Origin: Ylistrum balloti | Lineage: Eukaryota | DNA length: 64,000 nt | Direction of reading: 5' to 3' | NCBI RefSeq assembly: GCF_031769215.1 | Contig: NW_026782152.1 | Span: 496,001 to 560,000 of the forward strand | Part shown: positions 12,766 to 27,300 of the stretch, in pieces | How the letters are laid out: every line of letters begins with the position of its first letter | Numbering within the stretch: the first letter of the stretch is position 1 | Notes under the pieces: model-generated | What the model was told of the DNA's origin: nothing | The model's input: the letters and a program-made list of their open reading frames with translations, nothing else | The model's database searches: none | Program-made: the position numbers and the translations under genes

Positions 12766-14702
12766 AAACAAAATTGTTGACAGGCCATTTTGGATTTTGA
12801 CTGAAAAGATTGTTATTGCTATTTCTTGAGAAATACTTGATGGATCTTTTTTAAATTTCATGTAGTTCCCCATTTGTCCCTAGTTGTGCCCATTTGATTT
12901 TGGGTCTGGTGAGAAAAAAAGGCTGACATGCTGCCATCTTGGATTATGACTTTGCAAGTTTGTTTCTGCACTTACAGTGCAAAAAGCAAATAGATCTTTC
13001 TCAAATTTCATGTATGTATTTCCCTTGATCCCTAATTGTGCCTGTTTGATTTTGGTAGTGATCAGAAAAAAAATTGCCTACAGGCAGCCATCTTGGATTT
13101 TGCTTAGAAAATTTGTTATCGCTTTTTCTTGAGATATACTGCATAGACCTTTCTCAAATTTCATTTATAGGTTCTTCTTGGTCCTTAAGAGGTGTCTGTT
13201 TAAGTTTGGGACTGATCAGAAAAACAAAATGGCTTACAGACAGCCATCTTGGATTTCGCCTTGTAAAGATTGTTATTCCTATTTCTTAAGAACTACTGAA
13301 TGGATCTCTCAAATTTCATACGTAGGTTTCTTTGGCCACTGCTTATGCCCATTTGATTTAGGGACTGATGCGAAGAAACAAAATGGCTTCCAGACAATCA
13401 TTTCAGATTTGGTAGGTAAATGTTATCATTGCTATTTCTGCAAAGGGATGTTAAAATTTCATATCATTAAGAGCAAAAACAGAGAAGAGAAAATAAAGAG
13501 CAAATAATGATCAAACAATGTTGGGCACCAAGATCTCTCTGGGATCTTTTTTCTGATGGTATTGTTCCTGAACGAAGAAAATTTCAAGATATATTTAGTA
13601 TGTAAGGCAAATTTTTCACTCAATTCCATGCTTTCTCTATACTTTGTTACCAGAAGTGGCATTCATGATGCACAGGCACATCTAGGTTTTTAGCCTACCA
13701 TCATCAGGACCCAGCTGTTCAAAACTCTGTTTTAAACAACCAGGTCTTGATGTTGGCCCAATTCATGTTGCCCTACATCTGTGGTCAATCTGTCCATAAA
13801 CAATTTGTTATTGATGGATCTTACTCAAATGTAAGTTCTCCTTTGTCGTCTTTGTATCTTTGACTTTGTATCAAAAATTGTTGTTGCTATTTCTCGAGAA
13901 GTACTAAATGGTGATTTTTCTTATTTCTTATGTACATTTTGGTTCATAGTTGTATCCTTTTGATTTTTGGACAGGTTAAAAACACAAAAATTCCTGAAAG
14001 CAACCATCTTGGATATTGCAGTTAAAGATTATTATCGCTAGCTATTTCTTAAAAGCATTTTTAAATTTCATAAAGTTAAGGGCAAAAACCAATGAAAGAA
14101 AAGACAAGTAAATTCAACGTTTGAGGGGCAAATGAAGATCAAATAATAGTTGATGCAAAGATCCCTCTGGGATCTCTTGTTAAAAGCAACTAGAAACACA
14201 TTCATGTAATTTGTGTTATGTTGGTGTCTTTAATAATGGAAAAATGAAAATAGTAACAATATGTACATTGATATGTTGACAAGTGAAAATGCAAGAAAAT
14301 AGTTATTGAAATAACATGTTTTAACACAATTTTTTGTGAAATGTGAGGGTAAAAGACAAAAACAGGTTATATAAATATATGTTCCTTCAATTTCTGAACG
14401 GAAACACTAAGAACCAACTCTTACATCACATATATACAAACAAATAAATGATATGGATTTCTGATCATCTTAACCGTGGAACTCATTTACAGGAAGTCAA
14501 GCATTCCAAGTATTGTGCATGCTGCTGGCAAATGCATGGCACTGTCCTGTTATTCATTAGCTCATAGGGTTTTGTTCTCAAAGTTCTGTATGATAAGTGT
14601 CTTATAATAAATAAAGTCTGTATTTACAGTAATCTATCAACTATAATTAATTAGACAGAATGAGTATTGCATAGAATTTTAAAATCAGTTTTACAGAGTT
14701 GT

Positions 14703-15832
14703 TCATTGATATTTAACAGTCTTTGAATGAATTTTCCACTCCACACCATTTCCACACTGGTCAACACGGAATGGAAAAAGTAGTTGAAAGGGGATTTTCC
14801 AAATGGATCCAAATACTGAGCGAACATTCTCTAGAGACGTCCTTCTGTACCAAGGAATTCCTTTCCAAGCTTCATAAGATGTCAAACCAGCACAAGCCAA
14901 TATGATCTGCCAACCCAGGAAAAATATGCCGCCACACAGACACATGAAGCAAAAGAAAACATGAACAATAAGTAACAAATTGAAAAAGGAAATGTGTCCC
15001 ATTAACATATATGCGAAACCTATCATAGGAATGTATGCTAATCCATCCCAGGAGAATACTGGAATGGTTTGTGTGGTATAGGACAGTTGTAGAAACAGGG
15101 CATACAGGTTGCCCCACACCATGTATGCACAAAACATGACGAAGAAACGCTGATTGTAAAAACCAACACAAGAGTTGGTGAAGAAACAATGATGATCTCT
15201 CTTGAGTACACAACGGTTACATAGGCGGCAGTGATGGGATCTAGGAGGAGCATCAACCTGTGAATAAAATCCAAGACTTTTTTTAGTAAATCGATCATAT
15301 ACCAGATAAATAAATATATAATACTTGCATATAATAATTGTATTAAAATATGGCTTACCATAATTATCTTTACATTTTTTAGTAAGAATATGACAGGAAG
15401 TTTAATCAGTTATTGCTCTATGGGAAAATTTATTTCAACTTGCTGGTTAAATTTTAGACAACTCACCTGACATTTGAGACAGTTGATCCAGCCGGGCGGG
15501 GTCTCTGATACCCCAGGAAACGTTTCCTCTTTGATTTCGCTCGTCACGAAGTTATTTTGGCCAAAAAAGGTACCCATCCAATTGATGGAACACTCAAATA
15601 GTGTAAACCAAACCAGGGCTGAGGCTATTACCGTTGACCACACGTCTCCCCAGTACAACATTGGCACGAGAAAAAATTGACTTTCGAAAAACAAGGAAAC
15701 GACCATCCCCCAGAAGAACATCTGTCCATATCTACTTGCATCTTTTTCATCTGTTTGAAAATTACGATTGTGATAATGTGTCTTTAACTTTTCTTTTAGA
15801 GTAGATCCTGTATTCCTCTCTCTGAGCTCCAT
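14703..15832 (-). CDS. ZDHHC22: DHHC palmitoyltransferase, ZDHHC22/24-like; 2 coding exons, 306 aa
   Basis: Exons 15832-15467 and 15257-14703, phase-0 intron (CAG|GTGAGT ... TTCACAG|GTT). Joined sequence CLKCQVDAPPRSHHCRLCNRCVLKRDHHCFFTNSCVGFYNQRFF is an intact DHHC cysteine-rich domain flanked by hydrophobic segments. The family is certain; the paralog assignment is less so. Confidence 0.85.
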
Positions 15833-16127
15833 GGTGTCCACGCTTACTTGGAAGGCGAAAGTCTCAAGTGAAACCGGAAAGTATGGTTACTGCGCAACTT
15901 TGTCAACACGCTAAAGGGAGCAGTCGTTGATAAATTTCACCAGAGCACACCTATAAACATTCTGGATGATCTGCTCATGAATATATAACATGACTTTAAA
16001 AAAGATACATATAAGCATATCTTTCATTTTCGAATGAAAATGTGGCTTTGAAACCAGTCATAGAAATATCGGTAATATGTGTGGTATTTATTGGCAATTA
16101 ACCTATCCCGCTGTAAACAAACTTGGC

Positions 16128-16516
16128 GAGATAAAACACGTGGAAACATGATATTTCGCCTGATTCGGTTCGGTTCGGCGCGCAGGCCGTGACTAGCCAG
16201 ATCAGCGTACCCTTAAGTCCGTGATACTGATTTTACAAATAATAAGATACGATTTCACACCTAGTGACATTATTCTGTTATTTGTCCATACTGGATAAAG
16301 CGGTTTTGAAGTGAAAATGCCAAGGCCACGCACATCAATATCATTTCAACACGTGTTGAGAAAAAAACATAAGACGCTAAATACCTAAAAATGATATTAT
16401 TTACATACAGGTTGATATTTTTAATTACAAATACAGACATAAGTGAGAGAAATCTAAGACACGTGTGAATAAAACCAATTATACCCAGCAAACGTACACT
16501 GATTCACGTTACAAAA
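16128..16516 (+). repeat. About 390-bp dispersed repeat, copy 1 (copy 2 at about 20963-21335)
   Basis: Colinear similarity, e.g. GTGATACTGATTTTACAAATAATAAGATACGATTTCACACC versus GTGATACTGATTTAACAAATAATAAGATACAATTTCACACC, continuing to GATTCAC(G/A)TTACAAAA. Confidence 0.9.
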
Positions 16517-17893
16517 AACATCAACAAATATGTATTCAGATATCTATAACGTTAAATAGTCAGGTTTTTTAAAACTACCCAGTCTGTCTACAAAGAAAAA
16601 GGCTAGCAAGTACGAAAAACGAGGCCATGAAAAAATATTAGTCTAAATGAATACCTTCCGGTCCCATTGAAACCCTATATAAGAGGTTTTAACCAAAGAT
16701 TGTATGCCAACGAGGGACTTTTTTCATTCAAGCGATGATATCATAATTTTTAAATGAATGAGGACATGCATGCATGCATATGGTCAAGATATTGTTGCGA
16801 ACAGTTACAGAAAATTCTAAAGTCAAAGTCTGGGATATTCAAAATTTTATTGTTAAAATTCTTAAAATTTACACCTGTTTTTTATATCAAAGGGAAAAAA
16901 AGAAAAACAAAACACACACAGTTCTAAAGCTTCTATAAACCAACACCATAATCAGTTATAATCTGTACACGACAAGTTCCCGGAAAGGGTCAGGGTGCCT
17001 GATGACAGGGCTCCAAAGGGGTCACAAAGTGCATGATCGACCACTGACATTTTGAGAAAAACATTTTTTTTCCAACTGATGTTATTGAGTTGAAATTTCG
17101 TGAGGATCTTTAGAAACACGAACAAGAAAATGTGTTTTTCGTCTTTGAACATCTGATAGTTCAACAAAATAAACAGTGATTATTACATGTACAACATACA
17201 CAAGTTATTCATACAAAATATAATAAATTAAAGTAAGATACACCTCGCCGCAGCAACCGTGAGCGTGCCCAAACAGGAATCCATTCCTAGACTGAGATTC
17301 GTGATGGGCGGTTATTGGCGAATTCTGCTTACTACTGGATAAGTACTATAACTTATAGTATAAGATTTCACTGGAGTGTGCACGAGAAAACTAATAACAA
17401 CGCAGATCATTAACAAAGTACAATAAACATAACTTCAATCTAATATACTGAGTCAAGTCCGACTTAAGGTACGTTTTTATAAGAAATCAAAAACAGGAAC
17501 TGAAATTTTACAGATTTATTCACTAGTTTGTTAAAATTGCAATTAAACAAAATGTGGCTAGATTTCATTTAATAAAATTCACAGCTTCTATTAATCTATA
17601 ATTCAGCCTTTAACTATACACCAAACGAAAATCATATTTACTCAAAACTACCACTTGGAACAACTGAAAACTATATTTACAATTGTATGGTTAAATAAGA
17701 GACGTATATATAATGTTATATATGTCCCTATTTAAATGCGTGACAAGTTTCATTATATAATATTAAGAAGTTACCTCCCTTGCCAGAAGTTTTCTGAAAA
17801 CGTGCGTTCGTTGAACGAAATGCGGAAGCCATGTTGAAAATTTAAGCGGCACAAAGATATATAACAAAGGAAAAAAACTGACTTACTGGAAAT

Positions 17894-18976
17894 ATGTTGC
17901 CAATCGGTAAGTCTGTCGATAAATTTGACGAGGGAAATATATGTGACCGTGATGACTTTGATTCTTCCTCTTCGAACATGGATTTTTTTGAAGAGGACGA
18001 AACTGACTCGTTTGATTTATTTGACGGTCTGTTAGACAAGGAAATTGACAACAAATGTGCGTCGAAAAAAGCCAACGATAAGGTGCACTCAGTCGTCCGT
18101 GTGTTTCCTAATGGTGACATTGAGGAAAAGCAAATAAATTTTGCCACTCTCAGGACATACGAAGAAAAAGAACTGGTCAATTATTTAGGCAACGGAAGTC
18201 GGGGACGTCATAGTTCGATTTCCAGTGCAAGCAGAAAACGCATGCGATCAGGCTCGGATACAAAAGACGATATGAACACAAGTTCTGAAGTTTTTTTAAA
18301 GTCGACCGAAGGTGCATGTATGTCTAAGAGTGCTATTGCAGCTCGCGAGAATCGTAAAAAGAAAAAGATGTATACGCAAGAATTGGAAACAACAGTAGAA
18401 AAACTCCAGGAAGAAAATACAGGTCTCAAAACGAAAAACAGCGTGTTGCAGACGTCATTGGATCAGATGGAAACTGAAGTTCGATATCTGAAAAGTGTAA
18501 TTGCAAACCAAACAACATTGGCACATTTGATAAGCAATATTCAAAATACGCCAGGTGTTAAATTCCAGACTTCATTAGCAGTTGATAGATACAACAAAGA
18601 AAATATTAAAGATGTCAATGAAAATAGTGTTGAAAAGACTGTTAGGGTTCCAGTAGAAACGAAAAGCCGTCAAGAAGAATTTACACAAATAAGAAAAAAG
18701 AGTGCAAAGTATGGACAGCTGAAAAAAGATGCTAGTACATGTATGTCAACAATAAAGTCGGGGAAGAAAGATGACCAGTGTACGTCGTGTCCCTCTTCAA
18801 CAATACTGGAATACAGTTCCAGTGAAAAGGAAGGTCCAACACCAGCTGGTGTTTGTCTTCATGTTTCTGATGGAGCTGTGTCTTTTGAATTTTGTGCAAA
18901 ATGTGCTTCAAGTGCTGCATTTGCTAAGGCTATCACCTGTGACCATTCCTATGGAAAGGTTCAGGGAGAAGGATGA
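17894..18976 (+). CDS. CREBZF: CREB/ATF bZIP transcription factor (Zhangfei-like), intronless, 360 aa
   Basis: Uninterrupted ORF with bZIP SKSAIAARENRKKKKMYTQELETTVEKLQEENTGLKTKNSVLQTSLDQMETEVRYLKSVIANQTTLAHLISNI and the CREBZF-type C-terminal motif GVCLHVSDGAVSFEFCAKC. Confidence 0.9.
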   Translation: MLPIGKSVDKFDEGNICDRDDFDSSSSNMDFFEEDETDSFDLFDGLLDKEIDNKCASKKANDKVHSVVRVFPNGDIEEKQINFATLRTYEEKELVNYLGNGSRGRHSSISSASRKRMRSGSDTKDDMNTSSEVFLKSTEGACMSKSAIAARENRKKKKMYTQELETTVEKLQEENTGLKTKNSVLQTSLDQMETEVRYLKSVIANQTTLAHLISNIQNTPGVKFQTSLAVDRYNKENIKDVNENSVEKTVRVPVETKSRQEEFTQIRKKSAKYGQLKKDASTCMSTIKSGKKDDQCTSCPSSTILEYSSSEKEGPTPAGVCLHVSDGAVSFEFCAKCASSAAFAKAITCDHSYGKVQGEG

Positions 18977-20962
18977 ATTTTTACCTTAAAATATGGTCGG
19001 TAATTTGACTACTAGTAATTTTGGTGATTTGTTCATGTCATAAAATGTTTGTGGAGGTAATTTGATTACTCACTTCAGTATGATAGAGTCAAATGAAAAC
19101 ATTGTTGAAACTAAAATTCATTAAGAAGAACTGAAAGACTTTGCTTTTTGATGTCAGAAATTGTGTTAAAGAAATGCAATGCAGTAGAACATTTAAGAAC
19201 AATTATAATATTATGTTTATCTGCAGGCTGAAAATTAATGTTGTTTGCAAATCAAACTAATTAATATTTGCATATGGATGGGGTGACTACATTTTTGATA
19301 CATTTTTCCTTCTTTTTTGATGATTATTTATTGGAAAAAATTCTATACAATTATATTTGCATTTCCAGCATTACCAGTGCTTGGTTTGAGAAAAATGAAA
19401 AAGTCAACATGATTAGGAACAGTCTACTACTAAGCAGATTGCTTTGGTGGAGTATACTATACAATGAAAATGGTCGGTGTCTTTTTGAAAAGAAAAATCT
19501 TGCATCACCTTTGATTAACTTGAACATTTAAACTTTGACTGCAATTTGAAATAAAGAATATTGATACATGAATTTCAGGAATTTTCTGAATTTAAGAAGA
19601 AAAAAAGAAAATTACTTTTCACATTGCTAGGAGTGAAACAAGTTGTTATGAACAAGATTATTTACTTAAGCTTGCTCAGAGTTTGTGTATGTTTGAAATT
19701 AATGTCAATATAAGATAGAGATTTCAACATAACATTGTATAGCTAATCAAATTGGTATCCCCATAGCATTAAATTCTCCATACATAATTGATAATACTTT
19801 GTGTATCAGTTTCATAATTACCAGTATGTATGGAAAAATATTTTATTCCTTACCTTTCTAGCTTCCCTTCTTTCTTTCTTTCTCGCTTACCTTCAATCTT
19901 TGATCTAAAGAAAAAATGGGGGATGGGGTGGAAGTCATCATCTGAAATGAATGAATTGGCATTATTTTCATCATTATTGAGTTTTGATTTTTTTCATTTT
20001 TCTTAGTAATTTTGAATGAATTATCAGGGTTTTAAAAAAAATGTAAAAACATCTTATTGTTTTTCGAAAATTAGAAATGATTTCTGTAAAACTTGACATA
20101 CTAATTACCTTTTAATGCAGATATCTTATTAAAAAAAAAAGAAAGAAAATAATGCGGGAAAAATACTGTACATTTCAGGTGATGAGCTACAATATTACTT
20201 AACATGATTTGTACTAAAATGTGATTTCAATTTTTGTTTCAGTTGATGTCTTTATTCTCTGGTCAGAGAAGCGATTCCTATATACTTCCTTACTGTAAAA
20301 AAGATACTGAATGAAAATGGTAAGGTGTTTTAAAAACTTTTTTTATGCAAAAATTTAGTCACCCCAAAAACTTAACATTATTACATTTTATGTACTTAAT
20401 TCATTACTTTGCACAATTTTGAAGCAACATGCACTCATAAAAAAAGAACCATGTGAATGTGCATTAGGAAGCAGAAAGGGATTCAATTGAAAAAACACAA
20501 ACTGACAATGTTTTTATTGATCATTAATGAAAAAATAAGAAAAAAATGGAATTACAAGGTTTTAATTTACAAAGTAAAATTAATTTTTAGCCCAGGAATC
20601 ATCTGTTTTATTTGAAATGTATAGGGCGTTTCAGAATTTTCTTAACTCAGTGGTTCTCTTAAAACAAAACAAACAAATATTTTGTACTGTGATCAAAATT
20701 CTTTGTTCAAATGAAGTACTTATCTTCACATGTAACTTGTTGAGATTCACATGACAGTCAGATAAACCATAAAAATGATTTATTTGGTTCTTCTCATCAT
20801 CATAAAATATTCATTTTAATTATTCATAACTGCACTTAAACAAGTAGGATTATCAATTTGAATATCGGAAAGTTTTCATAGATACTGGCTGAGATAAAAT
20901 GAGGTGTTGTAACTGATACGTTTTTCTCTAGAATATGTATTATGCACATTTGCTTTGTTGGC

Positions 20963-21335
20963 AAGATAAAACACACATGGATACAAGATATTTCATCTTA
21001 TTTGGTTCCCATTTCAATGCGGAGGCAGTGACAAGCCAGATTAATGTACCCATAAGTCTGTGATACTGATTTAACAAATAATAAGATACAATTTCACACC
21101 AACTGACATTCTATTATTTGTGCATACTGAATAAAGCAGTTTTGACGTGAAAATGCCAAGGGTACACACATCATTTCAACAGCATTCCTGTTGCGAAAAA
21201 AACATAAGAAGTTAAATACCTAAAAATGATGATATGTATATACAGGTTGAAAATTTTAATTACAAATATAGACAGAAGTGAGAGAAACCTAAGACCATTT
21301 ACGCCCAGAAAACGTGCACCGATTCACATTACAAA
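20963..21335 (+). repeat. About 390-bp dispersed repeat, copy 2; local partial tandem duplication (20890-20965 versus 21340-21412)
   Basis: Aligns with 16128-16516. GAGATAAAATGAG.TGTTGTAA..GATAC.TTTT recurs on both sides of this copy. Confidence 0.85.
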
Positions 21336-24300
21336 AGCTTAGATAAAATGAGCTGTTGTAATAGATACTTTTTCTATAGAATATTTGTTATGCTCATTTG
21401 CTTTGGTGGCAAAGGCTTACTGTGCATCTCTAATTTCACATGTAAATATATGCAGTTGAGTGAAAATGAGCCCAAAGTATTTCATCTGATCATGATTGCT
21501 ACATTTGTGTTTTGCTGTAAATATTTTTGTCTATGATTATATAATGAATGTATTGCATTGTTTAAATATCATTCCCCCTACTATCAGTTTTTCATTTCAC
21601 CACAGTAAATCATGCATTTTAAATGATTGTTTTGTAAAGAAAAATGTATTGTTTGGTATTAGTTAATTTTGTTGGCATTTTTTAAAAGACTTGTACACAT
21701 GTCATTACTGAATATACTAGATATAATTAGACTGGTACACATTTGAACTTTTGATAGCAGTTTAGTTTGTACTTTTTCATGGTGCTGAACCAGCAGTGGA
21801 GAGACAGAAACAGCTGAACTTGTAATGAAAAGCTGGGTAGTAAGTATGCAGAATGACTGGATGAAAATAGCAGAGGAAAAAAACCAAAATCAGCATTGAT
21901 GGGGAAATTGCATTAAAATTGTAACTTTAGTTGGACTGCATTGTAAACAAATCAAGTTTTTGTCAGTTAATGAAGTAACAAAAAGATCATCAAATGGTCA
22001 GTGATATATAACACAGGTTTTGAGGGATACAGAATTGGCAGTAAAACAAGGGTTTGATGACCTACAATTGTACAGGATATGGAATATAGAACACATTTTG
22101 ATACTAGATGATAGGATCCAATATATTTATTTTCTGGTGTATTGTAATGGTTGGTAAATGTTGATAATAATAGTTGTATAAAAATTAATATTGTGTTTGT
22201 TTTGTTTTTTTTATCCTAGTACTATGTATTAAAATTACTCCTATTGTTGCCTGATCTGGACTCCATTAGGTAGTTTTGTACCAACGTTGCTTAAATGTAT
22301 GTTTTATTGACTTAGATAAAAAGAAAGAAATGTGTACACTTCAGTTATATTTTTTCGCAATGGAAAAACGATTCTGAAAATTCAAGGTCCAATATATGAT
22401 AAAGCTTCCTAAATTTGTTTTGTTAGCATTCAAGAATCTTTTGACACCAAATACATATGTATGATGGAGAAATCCAAGTTATGATGGAGTATTACACATG
22501 TGTAAATGTAATACATATGAATACATTTGCATAAATGTGGTAGTGGTGCCAAATGATTTTGGACTCTTCATTTTATGCTTGTGGTTCAGAATTTTGTAAT
22601 AGAAAGACCAAAAGCCCTTGACATGTGTATCAAGGCTCATTAGGCCTGCCTTGCTCTCCTAGTATTCAATGATTCTTTCAAAACATTTACATTTCTTATT
22701 ATTTATCATCGACGAGAGTCTAAATTATATTCTTTAGACTATTAGTCATTTAGACTGTTGGATCCTTTGGAAAACAAATTTGCTCCAAGAGATGGGTTAA
22801 GGTAATTTCTTTCAGCAAAATCTGTCTTGACTTCATCATAGGAATCTACCAATGAAAATATATCCTGACCTTGAATTTAAGTCAAGGATATCTCTTCCTT
22901 ACTTTTCCTTTTCCTTCTTTCAAAGAATCTATCAGTCAAATACCAGGCCCTGTACATTTTGATTAAGTTATTAAGTGTTTTAACTAATTTAACCCATGTG
23001 GATTTAAATATTGGTCAAGGTCATTATGTTGACTTTGTCAGTCTTCGTCCTAATAATTTTTTAGTCGAATATCGTCATCCTCAGCAAAATAATTAATTAG
23101 AGGTGTTTTGAAGAGGATTGACTCCTATGACTTTGAATATAGGTCAAGATAGTATCTCACTTTAAAGTTAGGAAACTCTTTTCAAAACATCATTATTTCT
23201 TGCCCTTTGAGTTAAAAGTAAAAACTACTAATTTGACCCCTGTTGACCTGAATGTGGGAGAGTCATTGCAATTGCAATTCACAAATTTTGTCTGGTTTTA
23301 TCCCAGAAATTACCAAGGACAGATCCTAATTCTAGGCCTTTAACATAATCAGAATTTGCTACAGCACTCCTGACAGCAGGATTCATCAGATGATTACATT
23401 GTATCGATTAGACCCTACTCAAATGTCTATGAAAAACATTGAATACCAAGTGGGCAATCCAGGTCCCTTGCACCCAAAAATTTTGTTCTCAAAAATAATG
23501 TCAATATTCTAGAATGAGCATAATCAGTTAGAATGTAAATATTAACAACAGCATGATAACTGTGAATATTGACCTTGTATTATCATTTTGGATTGTAACG
23601 TAACGTTCTAATGAGCTCCATGTTGGTCAGGAAGGCAGAGACGTCAACTTGTGCAAGAGATGAAGATTGTGAAAATTGTTTGAAATTTCTTTACAATTTG
23701 GCAATAATAGAGCTGGTAGGGAAAGGAAATTAGAAAATTCAATTTATAGTAATAGTGACATGGCGCGATAAAGGCCCACGAGTAAGTGGTGTGAGGACAC
23801 TGGAAGTCTATTTACAGTGATTTTATTTTAGAACTTTAACCCTAGGCAGTTTAGATGTGAATTCATAAGATGATGGTTTAAATGTCAGAAGTTTCATAAC
23901 AATTGTATAAATATGAAGTCGGAGTGAAGATTATGAAAATCTATCGGGATTGTGTGCTTAAGAGGTCAAGACCTTGTCACAAACTCTTAAGAAAAAGAAA
24001 ACAAAGGAAATGAAGGTACTGAGTACCTCTTGCCTTTGAATATTCGATAAGGTTTAAATTAGACCGAAGAATTCTGCCTCTGAAATGATAATCCCAATTA
24101 TTAGCAGTAAGAATGTAAATATCAATAACAGCTTAATGAATGTAAGTATTGACATTAGATTATCATTAGAGACAGAAACTTTTCTGTCAAGGGTGAAAGC
24201 TGAAGTGTTATGTTTAAAGGACAATGAGAGAAGTCTATGATGATTAGATGATGCTGTAATAAAACCAATATAATACTACAGGAAACAAATTGATGGTCCT

Positions 24301-27300
24301 AGTTTTTCAACCTTCCTCTTTGTCTTACAGATGTTTAATGATGTGACCACTGGAGATAGATGTTATGTATATAGATTATATGGGTGTTACAAGATCACAA
24401 TTTTTCTTATAGGTCAGGAACAGTAATCTCCAAATGTTGTTATTCCTGTTTGTTGTATTTCTTTTGATGTTGATGTTGATATATATACATAAATTGGAGA
24501 ATTAGGTTGAAATTGTATTACAATAATCACTTAAGATTTATGTTTGTTTTAATATGCTACTGACATATTCCCAAATATGGCATTACATATTTCAAGTTTT
24601 ATTACAAATAGATGATAATTTTTATTATTTGCTATTTTCAGTGGTTGCAATGGAATAGCATTTATTAATTGCTCTGTAAATGAGTGACACATAATTTGAA
24701 ATAATACATAAAGGTATTTTGATTTCAACATTTTTCAAATAAAATTTTTCACATTTCTTTACTTATGATGGTCACAAAGTACATATGGTTTACTACTATT
24801 CCTAGTATTTACCTGATTCAGATACTCCATTTACATTTTCATTTTCATTTTTTATTGTAATCTTGTACACCCATGGTAAAATTGTGTATTCCCAATTTTA
24901 TTTTGTGGGCGGAGATGTGTATGTAGGTTATATGGGACTAAAATAAATAGTTCAGAGGAGATCATCTAATTCAAAATATAAGTACGAGTCATTTCCCTTC
25001 GTTCTAATTATTTTGATATACGAGATAATTTTGAGGATTCTGATGAATCGACAATCGCTACCACAGTTATCTTTCCTTAAGTCACAATACACCTCTGCAA
25101 ACGGCTCGTGGACTTCAAAGAGTTGACCTCAGGGTAAGGACCAAAGTTTGACGTCGGCCAAAACCAACGAAGGACACGACTGTAGACTGTTGTGTAGCTT
25201 AAAAAAACGTCTGCGTTTATTGAGAGGTTATGTGCCAGTATTCTAGGCAGAATACCACCAGTTATCAATGATATTACATGGACATGTCGGTAGCTGAAAA
25301 GTAAAAATACACGATGGTAATACGACGGTTGTGACTGTTTACTCAAAATTAATCTTCCGCGATATAATCCATAACAACCCATATAAGTCAATGTAGTCAT
25401 TTTCCAAATTAACAAAACATCTATTTTCAAAATCATGATACTAATAACAAAAAGAAAAAAATAATCAAATGCTTTATGAGTTGACACAAATCCGTTTTTC
25501 AAGAATCTTGAAATGGCATGAGCCATTTACAGAGATGTATTGGGATACTGCAATGCACTCTGGGAGAGATTGATTAAACGACTGGAATGATACGGCTGTT
25601 TGAGATTTTGTCTCCTGATGATGGGGAAAGTGACTTTATCCTTATTTCTCAATCAGTACACGGGGCCCAGAAGGGGAGATCGAGGGAAATGTTCCAAAAC
25701 AGGATACTTCTATCCATATTAGTCCTGAAGCGTTCTACAGTCATAAAGAGTAGATTTTGTATATGGTGCAGCAGTCCTGTCCTAGATTGATGCTTTTGTT
25801 AGAATTAGATAAGGTGTGGGTACGGTTTCCTCCGTCAGAGCAGTCGGGAAATGTATTGGATTAGCTCTTGTTACTTGCAAGGATCATAGCAGTACTCGAT
25901 TGGCGTTTTGATTGTAAGTCGAATCAAATTATACATGGATTGCTTAAAAGGCACTCTTTATCAATAAACCTTGTTTATTTAAACAAAACATAAGCTTATA
26001 TTAATCAATCTTGTAGGCAAGGATGAAAGCCTTGTTGTTCGGGGGAGTACTGAATGGATGTTTGTAAAATTTCATATGTAGTGTCACCATGGTCCATTTT
26101 TTGAGCCCGTTGGAGTTTAGGACTGGTCAGAAAAAACACAATGGTTGACATGCGGCCATCTTGAATTTTTTCAATGACGTATGTTATGCGACCATCTTGG
26201 ATTTGGCATTTAAAGATTATCTTCGCTATTTCTGCCATGGAATGCTCAAATTTTTGAAGAGCAAAAGTAGAAAAAAAAGGGAGAACAAATGTCCAAAAGC
26301 AAATAAAGATCCCTCTGGAATCTCTTGTTTGGCATGATCTGCCATAGAATTTGAACAAAGGAACCTAATTAATAATAAGTTATCGTAGCAAATTGCAAGC
26401 GGTAGATCAGGAACGTACAGAAAGAGGAGTATGGATGGAGATTAGTCTTAGTTGGTCTAGAAATGGAAACGGCAGGATAAAGTACTGTGTATTACCATCA
26501 ACAAAAGTATACGCTTCCTTGTTGCTCTGAATGTCGAGAATTCCGACATGTCAACAAAATGAAACTGAACATCGATAAAAACGCCAACAAAGGAAAGTAC
26601 TAGAAGTGTGAATCTCGTGCTTTGGAAAACCGCATTTTCTGCCCTTGAACAACAGCCGTCTGGTCAAGTGACATTACTGTACTTCAAATGAGCAATTTGC
26701 AGTCGGTGTAATTTCCTAATTTCGCATTTCTCGTAAGTCTCGGTTTAATTTCTTATTTCATACTTCTTGCTAACTTCTTCATGTTTTTGTGCGGCCTTCA
26801 AACACTGGCATCTGTCTGTATGAAAACCAACTGAATTGTTTTCCGTGAGAACGTAATTGACAAACTTCAGTACAAAATGACAATGTTATATTTTTATAAA
26901 GAAGTTATTACTAAATGCTTCAAAATCTGTATATTATGAATTGGTGCTAGTATTAGCTATGACTGTTTTCTGCAACGAAACAGAATTTTATAGATTTCCA
27001 TACATCCGAAAGAATAATTCAGTCTTGTCAAAACGAGAACGATGTAGTTAGAACGAAATCGTCAGGCATACTATCGAGCACCAGTTGAACTTCGTGAAAA
27101 TAATTGTCTCCAAATGATACATTCTCCTAACAAGACTACCTATTGATGATGTCCAAGAAAATTGTAAATTAACAGTCCGATAAACATTTTCTCATTGTAA
27201 AGGAGCGAAAGGGTTAGATCCTACTTTGCCGTATGTACCAGTAGACTCCAAACATTAGTTGCACAATAAAATGAGTGTCTTCCTACCTACGTAGGAATGT

